NCBI RefSeq assembly: GCF_009914755.1
Contig: NC_060930.1
From: the human T2T-CHM13v2.0 reference genome, Homo sapiens
Length of the DNA stretch: 64,000 nucleotides
Strand: one strand, 5' to 3'
A program made the translations under genes and the position numbers. Of this stretch, positions 1 to 14,562 are shown piece after piece. The number at the start of each line of letters is the position of its first letter. Within the stretch, counting starts at the first letter, position 1. The notes beneath the pieces were generated by a model. That model made no database searches. It worked only from the letters and a program-made list of their open reading frames with translations, and was not told the DNA's origin.

Positions 1-84
1 TAAAATCATTATTTCACTACACGAAGAGAGAAACTTGGATCTGGGAAGATCCCATTGAGCCATCAGGAAAACGTATAAAAGAAA

Positions 85-868
85 ATGTGGCCAACAAGCA
101 TATGAAAAAAGCCTCAATATCACCGATCATTAGAGAAATGCAAATCAAAACCCCAATGAGATACCCTCTTATACCAGTCAGAATGGCTATTACTAAAAAG
201 TCAAAAAATAGATGCTGGCGAGGTTGCAGAGAAAAGGGAACACTTTTGGTAGGAGTGTAAATTAATTCAATCCTTGTGGAAATCAGTATAGCAATTCCTC
301 AAAGAGCTAAAAGCAAAACTACCATTTGATCCAGAAATCCTATTACTGGGTATACAGCCAGAGGAATATAAATCATTCTACCATAAAGACACATGCAGGC
401 AAATGTTCTCTGCAGCAGCATTCACAATGGCAAAGACATGGAATCTACCTGAATGCCCATGAATGACAGATTGGATAAAGAAAATGTGGTACATATATAC
501 CATGGATTACTATACAGCCATAAAAAAGAGTGAGATCGTGTCTTTTGTGGGAACATGGATGGAGCTGGAGGCCGTTATCCTCAGCAAACTAATGTAGGAA
601 CGAAAAACTAGATGCTGCATGTTCTTACTTATAAATGGGAACTAAATGACAAGAACTTATGAACACAAAGAAGGAAGCAACAGACACTGGGGCCTACTGA
701 GGGTGGAGGGTGGGAGGAGGGAGAGGAGCACAGAAGATAACTAGTGGGTACTGGGATTAATTCCTGGGTGATGAAATAATCTGTACAACAACCCCCCGTG
801 ATACAAGTTTACTTGTGTAACAAACCTTCTCATGTATCCCTGAACCTAAAATAAAAGTTAAAAAAAAA
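85..868 (+). mobile_element. LINE-1 3' fragment (ORF2 end, 3' UTR, poly(A)); L1PA-old/L1PB-like
   Basis: Typical L1 text (cattagagaaatgcaaatcaaaacc, ggataaagaaaatgtggtacatata) ending in aaaataaaagttaaaaaaaaa. Confidence 0.92.
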
Positions 869-2159
869 CAGGAAAGTGCATTGTACAACATCTAAAGAAG
901 GCACAGAAAATCGCACATTTTTGCTACAGTTCGGGTACAGTGAATATTAAATGTGGCATTTTCTTAAAGCATAACTATGATGTTAAAATGAATTCCAGGA
1001 TTAGACACTACTACAGAAAATGGTAAGTAGTCAGACTGTTATATTTTCTGTCCTATCTCTGGTCTCCCTCCAACGTTCCACCACAACCATCAGAATGTCA
1101 CTGTTCTCAATCTTAAGATCTGAACTCAAACTTTCTAACAAGGCATTTGTCTCCATGAGCTTCCCAAAGACCGATGCATAAGATGATGGGAACTAGATAG
1201 ATACAGAGTTTAAAGACAGCTTCAAACTTCTAATCTTGGGCAAATAACTTCACTTTGGTGGCTAGTAAATAAAGGGGTTAATTAGATAACCTCTGAGTTC
1301 TTATTCACTTTTCAAAATTTATCATTCTACAGTGCATTAGTGGTGGTGACCTTGTAGATGTCGAGATCATGATTTAAAAGGAACTGTTGAATTCCATGTT
1401 AATGCATCATTGCACTTAATTAGGAGGTTTTATACATTTCAAATGAAAGGTTGAGATGAATGTGTTATTTCAACTGAAAAGTTCAATAACACCCAGGTAG
1501 AAAAGGAGGCAAATTCTAAGGTCCACAAATAAGTGATTTATAAACTCAAAAACACATTAACACCAACTTTAATAGAAAATAAGTTCATTCCTTCCCCCTT
1601 AGCTTTTGTTCACTTATCTTTGCTTTTTGTATGCAGATAGAAACCGCTCAAAAAATAAATAAATAAATAAAAGGAACTAAGGAGGATGGGGTGGAAATGG
1701 AAGAAAGGAGTGAGTGAAGGAAAAAGAACACTTTTTCTTAACAGGAAGACAGAGTATGTTAGCTACCCCAACAAGTTTAAAATCCCCCAAATTAGAGTCG
1801 TGTTTTTAGCAAGCTACACTCTTTGTAAAGATGATTAATAAATATTCCACATATAGTTTACCTGAGATGAAACTGTTATTAATTCATTTCAAGGGCATTA
1901 AGCGCTTGCCTGGACCACCACAGATTAAGAAGCAGTAGCCAGGCCGTGGGAACCTGTGGGGAGAGGCATCTGTATGAAATGCTTTTTCATGTCGACAGCC
2001 TGAAACTTCTTAGGTTTTAAGGTCATTTAAACATTATTGCTCCTTCCCCTTTGCTTCTAAAAGCTTATATTTCTCAGATGTCAGGAGAACATTCTAGAAA
2101 CATCAGCAAATATGACAACTAAGAAACTAGCTTCACAACTTGTTATTTTGCTGGATATA

Positions 2160-2780
2160 TGATATTCCAGTGACTATGGCTATGTTAATAGTTACTCCAA
2201 AACGTGGTAGCATAAAGCAACCACTTATTAAGTCCATGGATTCTGTGGACAGGAATGCATACAGAACACAAAGCAGACAGCTTATCTCTGCTTCCTAATG
2301 TCGAGGGGCTCAGCTGGAATAATCTGAAGGCTCCTTCATGTCCTTGTTGGGAGCCTGACACTGGGCTGATGGCCAAGAAGGTAGTTGGAGTTGGGTCACA
2401 TACCCATGTGTGGCCTCTACTTGTGCCTGAGCTCCAAAGGTAAGTGCGTTGGGAGAGAGAGAGGGAGAGACAGAGAAAAAGAGGAGTGGGGAGAACAGAG
2501 GGAGATGGGCAGGGAGAAGGAGTGGGAGGAAAAGGGAGACAGAAAAACGAGGCAGAAACCATATCAGCTTTTATGACCTTGCCTTGCAAATCCCCTAGCT
2601 TTTTTTCCAGGACATTCTGTTGATTAGCAGCTAGTCACTAAACCCTGCTCATATTCAAGAGGGGGGATTTAAACTCCCACTTCTCAATGGAGGAGTGCCA
2701 GCCTCACATTATAAACAGAGCCTGTGGGATGGGATATGCTTTTCTGTGGCAATCGTTGGGAAATAACAATCTGTCAAAAG
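2160..2780 (-). mobile_element. Old MaLR LTR (MLT1F/G/H-like)
   Basis: Resembles the reverse MLT1 consensus (tactccaaaac...ggattctgtgg...gctcagctgg...aatctgaaggct...cctgtgggatggga). Confidence 0.6.
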
Positions 2781-3346
2781 TGGGTAACTTCATCTTTAAA
2801 CAAGTTTATTGGCCTGTCCCAAGTTGCATCTAGACCTTATTCCTAATATCCGCCATCTGCCTGGAGTAGGAAAGGACATCTTGTTGTTTCTGTTTCTCAG
2901 GAAAGACAGGACAGATTCTTATGACCTGAAACAGCACCTCAACTCTTACCTTGGAAATTTCTACATGAAGAATCTGCTCTGAAACTATAGCAAACGATCA
3001 CAGAGTGTTGAGTGTGAGTCCGGACTGATTCGGGAAGACCAAGAAGCAATGATGATGTCTGTTTTTGTCAAATGTCTGAAAACTATTTTTATTTTTCTAA
3101 AACTTTGTTCAGAAGTCTCAATATTGTAGTGTATAGAGATGTACACTAATTTAGTGATATGAAGATGAAGGGCTTTAAGCCTATGTTCCTTGCAGGGATC
3201 TCAGTACCTAGGAACTCCAAAGAACAAACTGTTGCTCATGCAAAATTAAATTTCATAAAACAGCAAAGAATGGTGCCAGAGTTTAATTAATAGGATAAAG
3301 TTATGAGTCAGACTGTGTACCCCAAAAAAGATATGTTGAAGTCCTA

Positions 3347-3731
<385 letters not shown>

Positions 3732-3955
3732 TCAGAATTAGGTCACACTGGATTAGGGTGAGTCCTTAATGCAACAGGTCTGGTGTCCTTACAAATAGAC
3801 AAATACACAGAAGGAACATGGCCACATGGAGATAGAGACACACCAAAACATCATATGGAGATGTGGGCAAAGATTGGAGAGACACTTCTCCAAGTCAAGG
3901 AACATCTGGGACTACCCAGAAACTGTAAGAGGCAGAGAAAGGTCCTTCCCTGTAG

Positions 3956-4375
<420 letters not shown>

Positions 4376-5199
4376 TAAGAAATGAGTAGAGAGAGAAAGC
4401 AAATCTCTTTGTTTCTGCATTTACTGAAACAGATGAATAGATTTCTAGCTCCCTTAGGGTCTGAACTTTTAAAAGAGAGATTTCTTATGCGTATGATAAT
4501 CATGATATTGTCATTTAATGTTTGGCTTCCTACATCAGTGACAGCCTTATGTTTCTTCCTCCCATTGCATGAAATATTGCTTCTCCCAGGCACCATATTT
4601 GCATCTGAGGAACCTATATCATTGCTTTTTTTCCTTTATGAAATCTTCCCCAATCTTTCCAACAGGAAGTAGGCCCTCTAATCCCTAAACTTCCTCAGCA
4701 CCATATCTGTACCCGATGTGGTGATTTCCTTGTCCTCAAATGTCTCTGGTTATTTATAGAAGTGACATCTTCCCTACTGGATAAACCACTGGAGGGAAGG
4801 GTTGAGGTTTTTAGGTCTTCGTACAGTATTTCCCACTGCACTTAAGATAGGCTTTGTGTTTAGTAAGTGCTGCATAAATATTTAAAAATTGGCTGAGAAG
4901 TTTTATGAGAGTTTATGCGATGAAGGTGTCCCAGAGCAAAACTTACAAGTATGTTTGGATTGGAAGATTATGATCCAGCTCTTCACTACCGGTCACCGCT
5001 TGCTGGACTCAGTGGGCACTGCAGACGCTGTATGCTATGTGAACAGGGCCCCGTAGAGCTTTGTAATGAAGCATCCCCTTTTACTACCTAGACCTTTCAT
5101 AACCACAGGGTTACATCCCTCACTACACACCATTAAAGGATGTGGCCCACAGAAAAAAGCCCACCAGAATGATTAAAAGCATGGCTTTGTGCCAGATAT

Positions 5200-5640
5200 C
5201 TTGGATTCTGTGTTGCCCCACTCAGACCTCCCTTCATAAGAACCTACTAAGAGACCGAGACCCCAAATGCTGCTTTGCCCCTCACCAGAGCATTCATGGC
5301 AACCCAAACTTCTAGGCTGCTCCCAGCCAAGAAGTGAACAATGTGAAGGTTCTAAACTAGACCATTCTTGCTTGATGCAAGTTTCCACCATTCACCGGAT
5401 TCTCCATCCATGGGCCCGGTCAAGACGTTCTCAGATCTGTGAAGTCATCTGAGACTCTTCCTACCCAGTCCTTTCTTCCCTCTCTCCTTTCACAGATTTC
5501 ACACCTGAATCTCAGTCTGAAGCCTTCTTCAGGCCCCTCCTCCTGTTTCTGCTCCCTTTATCCTCCATGGGTGTGGCTCCCAATAAAGCTCATGCACCTC
5601 TCATCTCGTCTTGGTGTTTCCTTCTCAGAGGACACAGGTT
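5200..5640 (+). mobile_element. ERVL LTR (LTR16-like)
   Basis: 3' end cccaataaagctcatgcacctctcatctcgtcttggtgtttccttctcagaggacac resembles the LTR16 terminus. Confidence 0.6.
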
Positions 5641-5830
5641 CAAATCCTGGCTCTTTTATTTGTAACCTCAATGTGTGACGTTGGGCAAATAATTAAACTC
5701 TTTTCGGCCTCAGTATCCTTATTTGCAAAAGTAGGGAAAGAATGGCATCTACTTCACATGGCTGTGGCAAGGACTAACTTGTGTGTAAGGCACATAGAAA
5801 GTACCCATGTGGTGAGCACACAGTGCTTGT
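5635..5830 (+). mobile_element. MIR fragment
   Basis: ggttcaaatcctggctct...tgtgtgacgttgggcaaat...gcctcagtatccttatttgcaaaa MIR core. Confidence 0.7.
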
Positions 5831-6105
5831 GATCACGAATGCTTCAGTGTCCGGCCTGAAAAGGCATTTGATCCATGTGTGATGAATGTTAGAAGTAAAC
5901 ACTGTCATTACTGCAATTCTCCGTGCAAAGTATTCTTGACTCTGTGTTATATGGATGACATTAATTCTCCACTCCCCTTGATAGATATCGCTATATCTTC
6001 ACCTTTAGATTGACCTGCAGAATAGCATTCTGAAGCTATTCCAGGATAATTTCCCAAGTTTCTAAGCATTCCATTATTTTTTAAAGGAAGATATTATATT
6101 AATTA

Positions 6106-6420
<315 letters not shown>

Positions 6421-8509
6421 TTATGCTTATTTTCACTTGTTCTTATTTCCCTACCCTTTGTGAAAAAGAATTGCTTTTGTCCTGTTTATGACAGTAAGAA
6501 AAAATACGTCTCTACTCATTCTCCCTCTCTCTAGACTAAACATTCCCAGTTCTCCTAATGCTTTCTTTTTGATCTTCATTTCCAAACTATTTATCACTTG
6601 CTCTCTTTTCCTGAATGCTCTCCAGCGTTCCAAGAAGTTGAGCCATGCATTGAAGAAAGTTCTCCAAAAGTAGCTTGAGTGATTGCAGATAGAAGCAACA
6701 GGAACTCTGCCTGTCTTTCCCTTAAGGCCTGTGATTAATAAAACCTGAGGAAGGTAGTTTCTTGGTTTAATTGATAGCTTCACTTTATTGGGGCAGAAAC
6801 CCATAGATTAATAAGAAATTAGGTGGAGGGGGACTGTTTTCGTGTCTCGGTATAGTGGTATAAAAGAAATTCAGTAATGAAGAATACCTATTTCTAGCTG
6901 GAAAAAAGTGCACTCATTGATTATTATTAAATAGCTAATTTGAAAAGCTTGTATTATTTAACTCATGTATCACTTGCTGATAATTTTATAACTGAGAAAA
7001 TTTTTCAGGGGCTATAACTTAAATTAAAACATGCTCTAAAGTTGTGTTTCAAAAGAAAAAGAAAAGAGAACCCACCAATTAAAGGCAGTATTTTGTTCTA
7101 TAATGCATCCTTCCTGGCAGTGAAACTATTTTATTGTTCCAACGTAAAAGCCTTGGTTAGAATGTTTTGCTTTGGATCCTGTTTTTAAGTGAGCACTACC
7201 TTTGTGTTACTCATTCTTATGATTCTCATTTACTAAGAGTGAATATGAAGCACAATTTATGGCCACCAGAGCTCTGATCTATAGTGTTCACGAGCATAAT
7301 AACCACAGATAATTTGTGCAGACTGGATTGGTGGTCCCCGTTGCATGTATTGGTATCTGTGACAGGCAGAATCTAGGTCACAAGCTACCAGACTCACAGC
7401 ACAATGCCTGGCATTGTGTCAATTACATGAATCCATGGAAACGAAGAGGAGAAGCTTGAATTTCACCCATAGCATCATGGGGAAAATGATGAGTTTTTTG
7501 ACAGAGGCCGAAATAGTGTCTGGCCATTTTCTCCTTCCTTTGGGACATCAGGATGATCCAGAGATACTTCCCAACAAACTAAGCTCAGTTAGCCATGCTT
7601 CATTCAAACTCAAAGGCTTGGCCTTATCTCTAAATAAAATACATGGAAGACAACCACTCAGGGGGGTGGAAATCAGAGATTTAGGACACCCTGGGATACA
7701 ACAACAACAACAGTATAGCGGGGGACAGGAAGGCCCCAAGACAATGAGGCTTTAAGTTTCCCTAAAACTAAAAGAGCTGTGCTTTTGAAAGCTTGTCATC
7801 TGAAACGAACAGAGGATTGACAGAGAAAATTAGTTTGACATTCTGAGGACACAGTGTTGAAAAAAAAAAAAAAACTAAGAAAAATTTGCTGCAAAAAAAC
7901 AACAGAAACCAAATCTAAAATAAAATGTAATTGTAAATACTTAAACGCACATCCCCTCATAAATTTCCCAGCGGCCCTGGATTTCTCTCATGAAAGCAGG
8001 TGCTGGAAGAGAATCAACAGATCAGAGATACAAACACCAAAGGAAAGAATAAGACCTTCTTGGTTAAGTTTAGGTCCATTCGTCCAACTTGGCTTCACAT
8101 AGTTAAAATTCATACTGAAGTCACTTTGGAATGTTTGCAACCAGTCATTTGCCCCAGCTAGGAACAAAGCTAGGGGTGAGCATAAGAATGCAAAACAAGC
8201 AGAAGTCATTAAGAAGAAGGTAGCCCAAGAGTCTCAGGCTTTTATATGAAGCTGTGGGATCAGGGAGTCATTTTCCCATCCATTCTTTTCTCATGATTAA
8301 CTAAGATAATGTCCCTGTGTCTTTGCTCTCTCTATCATCCTCTCTCCTTTCTGGAAAACCGCATCCTTTGTCAGGGGTATGGTAAGTGGGAAGGCCTCTA
8401 GGCTGAGATTGGAGACCCTTGAGGCTTGCACTTAGTGCTAATACATGCAGTGTGATTCTGAACTCACATTCTTCAAGAGTGAAGTGAAAAGTTTAGGCTG
8501 CATGCTCTC

Positions 8510-8865
8510 TGCCTGCCCGGGCCGCGGTAACACAGTACTGTACACTGCGCAGCCTAAGTAACAGAAATTTATTTCCTCACTCAAGGCTTTGATAGGGCTG
8601 GTTTCTCCTGAGGCTTTTCTCCGTGGCTTGCAGATGACGTCTTCTCCCTGTGTCCTCACACAGTCTTCCCTTTGTTGTGTCTATGTCCTCATCTTCTCTT
8701 CTTATAAGGACACCAGTCGGGTTGGATTTCGGCCCACTGCATGAACTCATTTTACCTTAATTCCCTCTTTAAAGACCCCATCTCCAAATACAGTCACATT
8801 CTGAAGAACTGGGGGTTAGGACTTCCACATATAAATTTTGGAAGAGATACACTTCAGATAATAAT
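8510..8865 (-). mobile_element. MaLR LTR (MLT1B-like)
   Basis: aacagaaatttatttcctcac...cttataaggacaccagtc...tctccaaatacagtcacattctga...ggttaggactt. Confidence 0.8.
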
Positions 8866-9055
8866 CTCCAAGGTTGCTTTCCGTTCCAGAGTCATTGGAT
8901 TTTTTTTTCTCTTTCAAGTACTGACTTTTCATTAATTTATCTTTCCAGTACTAAAAGGGAAGATTCAGCCTGCTATGTTTAGAAAAGATTGCAAAGGACT
9001 GAAGTTGTACTTTTCAGCTATCTGTAACCTTGGTCTCTTTAAAATAAAGCCATTC

Positions 9056-9248
9056 CAAGCCCAGCATGGAGGCTTATCCCTGTAATCCCGGAACTGTGGG
9101 AGGCTGAGGCAGGAGGATTGCTCATGGTGACGTGTGGGTCTGTAGTACCCCAGGAGTTCAAGGCTGCAGTGAGCTATGATCACACCACTGCACTCCAGCC
9201 TGGGTGTCAGAGCAAGACTCTGGTTTGTTTGTTTGTTTATTTGTTTGT
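9056..9248 (+). mobile_element. Internally deleted AluJ/monomer with T-rich (inverted) tail
   Basis: Alu 5' end, J-type ggctgcagtgagctatgatcacacc, then (TTTG)n; TSD taaagc[c/t]attc at 9045-9055 and 9249-9259. Confidence 0.85.
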
Positions 9249-9977
9249 TAAAGCTATTCTGTAGGGCAGAGGGCACTATTCCAGAGTCTGTGAGTAAACC
9301 TAAAATTTCTGTACTTTCTCAAAAATGAGACCATTGCACCTATGGCCATTAGAGAATCTTTTGAAAGAGGCTTGCCCTATGAGAATTTTCTAGGATTACT
9401 TTTTGAAGGGCATCAAGACTTTCGCCTCACTGTCTTCAGGACTATCCCATGCCTTGGCTATGTTCTTTCAGATGCAAAAGACAGATGTTGTGTTCTGTTT
9501 TTTTCATAAGGATGCAAGAGAAGATAAGGAAGACAAGATCTCAACCACTTTCAGCAAAGCTTTGCGGAGAATGCAACATCCTTCAAGACACCATGAAGCT
9601 CCACGCATCTGGTCATCTTGTTTCTTCAGGGAATAAATTTATTGTTCTCTGCTTCAGGTGACTGGAGGAGACAAAGTGATCCCCCATTTATGTCTCTGCC
9701 TCTACCTTCCCTGCTGCTACCTGCAACTCTCTGGTGTCTTTGGGGGGTTCCAACTCCTTGACGGGGAGGGCGAGTTCCCTGGGCAATTGGCCATCAGTGC
9801 ACCCTGCCTCTATTGGGAAGAGCTCTTCTACCAGGCTGTTCCATTCTCACAAGTAAGCCTAAAAGAGATGGCTCCCTCAGTGGTTTACCTCTGGTCCTAT
9901 CAATCTGATGATGAGGCCACTTAGTTCTAAGTAAAGTGACAGATGACCAAGGACTTTCTTTGAAGAGACATTGGGTT

Positions 9978-10308
<331 letters not shown>

Positions 10309-10788
10309 TCACAGACGAAGAAAATGCAAGTCAGCAAGCAGGTTGCTGAGTATTCCCAGGGTATTCCATCCTTTTCTTCCATTTACCAAAGAGCTAAAGA
10401 GTAGTTTATATTCATTGCCTTCACTTTTGCATCTTCACTTTTTTTATACTTCATTTGTTTACCATATCCCTGAAATCCTAGCAGTCTGACATCTGAGAGC
10501 CTACCTTCTTTCCCTTAACTCTAACTGAAATTAACTCCCAACTTTAATATCCATTTGTCTTTCTCTCCCCCAACTTGCTGCTGTGTTTAAAACTATTGAT
10601 TGACAACCCTACTTGTAAAGGCCCCTACCTTGGCTCCTATGACTGCATTATCCTGGGGGTGGGCAGGAAACCCTAGGGAAAGCCTTTCATCAATGAACCT
10701 GGATGTGAGTCCTGATTTTTCTCAATACTATCTATGTCACACTGTGTATGTTAATTTTGTTCAATAAGCTTTATTCTTGTTCACCTCG

Positions 10789-10852
10789 TATATTTGTGAC
10801 GATTGAGTAATGGGGAAGAATATATTTGTGATGACTGAGTAATGGGGAAGAA
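10789..10852. repeat. 32-bp tandem duplication
   Basis: tatatttgtgacgattgagtaatggggaagaa / tatatttgtgatgactgagtaatggggaagaa (2 mismatches). Confidence 0.95.
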
Positions 10853-11347
10853 TTTTGGATAACACCAGGGTTTGGGCTTAGGTGAATAAGAGAATAAATG
10901 TGCAGATATTCAAGGCTTACTTCTTATACGTAATTAGTTGCTAAGAGAGATTAACTTCACTTCTATCACGTCTCCCAGATTTATTCCTCCTCTTCATTTT
11001 TATTACCTTGGTAGAACTCTTCACCACCTTTGACTTGGCCTAGTGGTTAATGAGCTGAGTTCTGAGCAGCTTTTGGGATTTCCAGGGAGATTCCTCAAGG
11101 ACTTCTCCTCATTTTAGCAAGGTTAGCTCCACTTTCATCTGTTTTATTTATGTGTTTGTTTTTTTATTTGAAGAAAATATTTTCATTTTCAACTTTAATA
11201 AGAAACGACACTTACCCAGTTATTGATTCTGCCTCATCATCGGTCTCTATCTTCAGATCACCTCCCATATGATCTTAGAGTCAGTTCTCTGATTACTTAT
11301 CCTGAAGCATATTTCTGATCCTGTCATATTGCATTGCCCGGAAATCT

Positions 11348-11555
11348 ACTGTCCAAAATAGCAGTCCTTGGCCATTTGACTACTTAAGTTCGTTAAAATT
11401 AAATTAAATTAAATTAAATTAAAAATTCAGTTTCTTAGTGGCACTAGCCATATTTCAAATGCTTAATAGCCACCTGTATCTAGTGGCCTCCATTTTGAAC
11501 AACTCATTGTTAGAACAGTTCCATCATTCTGGAAATTTGTATTGGATAGAGCTGT
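11348..11555. mobile_element. MER3-like hAT-Charlie MITE
   Basis: ctgtccaaaatag...aaaaattcagtttcttagtggcactagccatatttcaaatgcttaatagccac...tattggatagagctg. Confidence 0.75.
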
Positions 11556-11934
11556 GCTAGATAGCTGGATAAACATTTCTGACCTTGGCATTAGGATTTA
11601 AAATCTATCTTTACCTGGCTCCTCTGCTGCTGTTTTCCTTTATAAAATGCTTCTGTAAGACTGAACTGTTTTCAAACATGCCATACTCAATTCCTGCTGT
11701 CATGCCTCCACTTACCCAACCCCACTCAGAGTGTCTTTTGCTCCATCACTGAACACCCAAATCCTACTCCCCATTTAAGGACTGTCCTCCAAGAAGTCTT
11801 TTCTAATTTCCGAACTCAAAGTAATTTACTCTTCCTGTGAACTCTTACAGGATTTTAAATAAAGCACTCTAATGTCATCTACCTCATTTCTTCTAGAATT
11901 ATAACTATCTATACATGTATTTTAGCCCTTTAAT

Positions 11935-12400
11935 TAGTCGGGGTTCCTCTGAAAGCTGATTCTGAGACAAGGATTCAAATCTGAGTAGTTTAGCTGAGAG
12001 GTGATCCCAGTAATCATCAATGGAGGAGGGGGTTAGTAAAAGTGGGAGGCAAAGAAAATCAATTAAGGATGAATTATCAGTTCAGTTACTGATATGGAGG
12101 ACTAGACCTCAATCCCACTGGAGGCAATGTGGAACAAAGTTATCCCAGCCAAGGTCAGGGAGGCTCCAATGTGTATTCACCAATGCCTTGCCCATTATTT
12201 ATTTGAGGGATTCCAGGGAAAATCATTCTTGAGCATTTCCATTTTGTCCTGCATTCAGGGCAGGCACACTTGGCCAGTAAAGAAAATCCCCCCAGCAGAG
12301 AATTGCAGATACTCACAGCAAGAAGCCTTTCTTGTGAATGGAGGATGGATGTGGAGCTGGTCCGAGCAGTCTGCCTACTGCATCTGCTATGACACCCAGC
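11935..12400 (-). mobile_element. ERVL LTR (LTR33-like)
   Basis: gggttcctctgaaagctgattctgagacaaggattc...gagtagtttagctgagaggtgatcccag resembles the LTR33-type terminus. Confidence 0.6.
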
Positions 12401-12934
12401 AAACTGGAAGGTAGGTCCTGGAGGGCTGAGGTCACCTGAGTCATAGATGTGTGTCTCCCTCAGTGACCTAACACCGGCAATCAGCAAAGAGTTGTTCAGC
12501 GAATGAATGCATTATCCCGAAGATATTAGGTACTGGAGAAGAATTTGTCATGGAACCCAGTGGTTTGGATGGGTCAATTCACTTGCTGTCAACTGAGATA
12601 ATCTCTGAATAGACAGACCTATGCCTAGGGTTTTCTGTTGGCTTTGATGTTCAGTACTTATGGACTAAACATTGTACAAGTGTGGGAATTTGTTGAACCA
12701 GACTGTAAAGGAGTTTTGAGATTGCTTCAGAAGCAAAGGAGCTTATATCTAGAGAGGAATACTCGGGAACATCGACTGCAGCACTTGCCTTGGTTAGATG
12801 CCTGATGATGCTGTTGTCACAGCCACCAAGGGAACCAGGTTTCTTCATTGCAGCCGGGCTTCAATACAGTCAGCCCTCTATGCCTGTCAGGAGAGGTGGC
12901 GGTGCAGTGTAAGACTTGGGAATCTAGGAAGAAA

Positions 12935-14562
12935 GTGTGTGTGTGTGTCTGTGCGTGCATAGCATGTGTGTATGTGTGTGTAGTGTATATGCTATGTATG
13001 TGGTATGTGTGTGTATGTGTTTGTATGATGCATGTGCTGTGTGCTGTGTATGTTGTGTGTGGTACGTATGTGGTGTGTATATGTGTATTTATGTGTGTGA
13101 TGTGTATAGAGTCGTGTGTGTGATGTGTATGTGTATGGTGTGTGCGGTGTATATGTGATATGTGCATGTGTGTGTGATGTATGTAGGGTCATGTGTATGT
13201 GTTGTGTGTGTATGATGTGTAGTGTGTGTGCTGTGTATGTGGTTGTGTGTGTGGGTATATATGGTATGTGTATGTATGCATAGGTTTGTGATGTGTGTAG
13301 GGTTGTGTATGTATATGGTGTGTGTGTGATGTGTATATGTATATTTGTGTGATGTGTGTAGGGTTTTGTGTGTATGGTGTGTATATGTGTGTGGTGTGTA
13401 TATGTATGTGTCTTTCTGTCCTCCAACTTGCTGCTGCATTAGGGTTGTGTGTGTATGGTGTGTTAGGGTGGTGTGTGTATGATGTGTGTGGTGTGTATGT
13501 GGTTGTGTGTGGTGTATATGTGGTGTGTATATGTGTGTGTGTGTGATGTGTATGGAGTTGTGTGTGTGGGTAATGTGTGTGGTATGTATGTGTGAGTGTG
13601 GTGTGTATGTGGTGTGTGTGTGGGTGATGTGTGGTGTGTGTGGGTATGTGATGTGTATTCAGAGTGTAGGTGATGTGTGTAGGGTTGTGTGTGCAGGGGT
13701 GAAGTGTGGTGTGTGTGGTATGTATATGTGAGTGTGGTGTGTATGTGGTGTGTGTATGTGAATGTGATGTGTGTAGGGTTGTGTGTGTGTGGTGTGTGTG
13801 GTATGTACATGTGGGTGTGGTGCATATATGGTGTGTGTGTGATATGTGTCGGGTTTTGTGTGTGATGTGTGTGGTGTGTGGTATGTGTGAGTGTGGTGTG
13901 TATGTGGTGTGTGTGTATGTGATGTGTGTAGGGTTGTAGGGGGTGATGTGTGGTATGTATGTGTGAGTGTGGTGCATATATGGTGTGTGTGATGTGTGTA
14001 GGGTTGTGTGCGGGGGTGTGATGTGTGTGGTGTAGGGTATGTGTGAGTGTGGTGTGTATGTGGTGTGTGTGTATGTGATGTGTGTAGGATTGTGTGTGGA
14101 GACTGATGTGTGTGTGGTGTGTGTGGTATGTATGTGTGAGTATGGTGTGTATGTGATGTGTATGTGTGTGAGATGTGCGTAGGGTTTGTGGAGGGTGATG
14201 TGTGTGGTGTGTGTGGTATGTTTGTGTGAGTGTGTGTGTGGAGTGTGTGTATGTGATGTATATTGGGTTGTGTGGTGTGTGTGGTATGTTTGTGTGAGTG
14301 TGTGTGGAGTGTGTGCATGTGATGTGTATTGGGTTGTGTGTGTGGTGTGTGTGGTATGTTTGTGTGAGTGTGTGTGTGTGGAGTGTGTATGTGATATGTA
14401 TCGGGTTGTGTGTGTGGTATGTTTGAGTGTGTGTGTGTGGAGTGTGTGCATGTGTGTATCGGGTTGTGTGTGTGGTGTGTGTGGTATGTTTGAGTGTGTG
14501 TGTGTGTGGAGTGTGTGCATGTGTGTATCGGGTTGTGTGTGTGGTGTGTGCACACGTGTGTG
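12935..14562. repeat. 1.6-kb degenerate (TG)n array with higher-order ~60-95 bp units
   Basis: Continuous GT/TG-rich low-complexity sequence with a recurring (ta/tc)gggttgtg anchor. Confidence 0.97.

Noticed and set aside
13290-14190. tagggtt motifs as an interstitial telomeric repeat
   Set aside because: They are isolated single motifs 60 or more nt apart, with no tandem TTAGGG.
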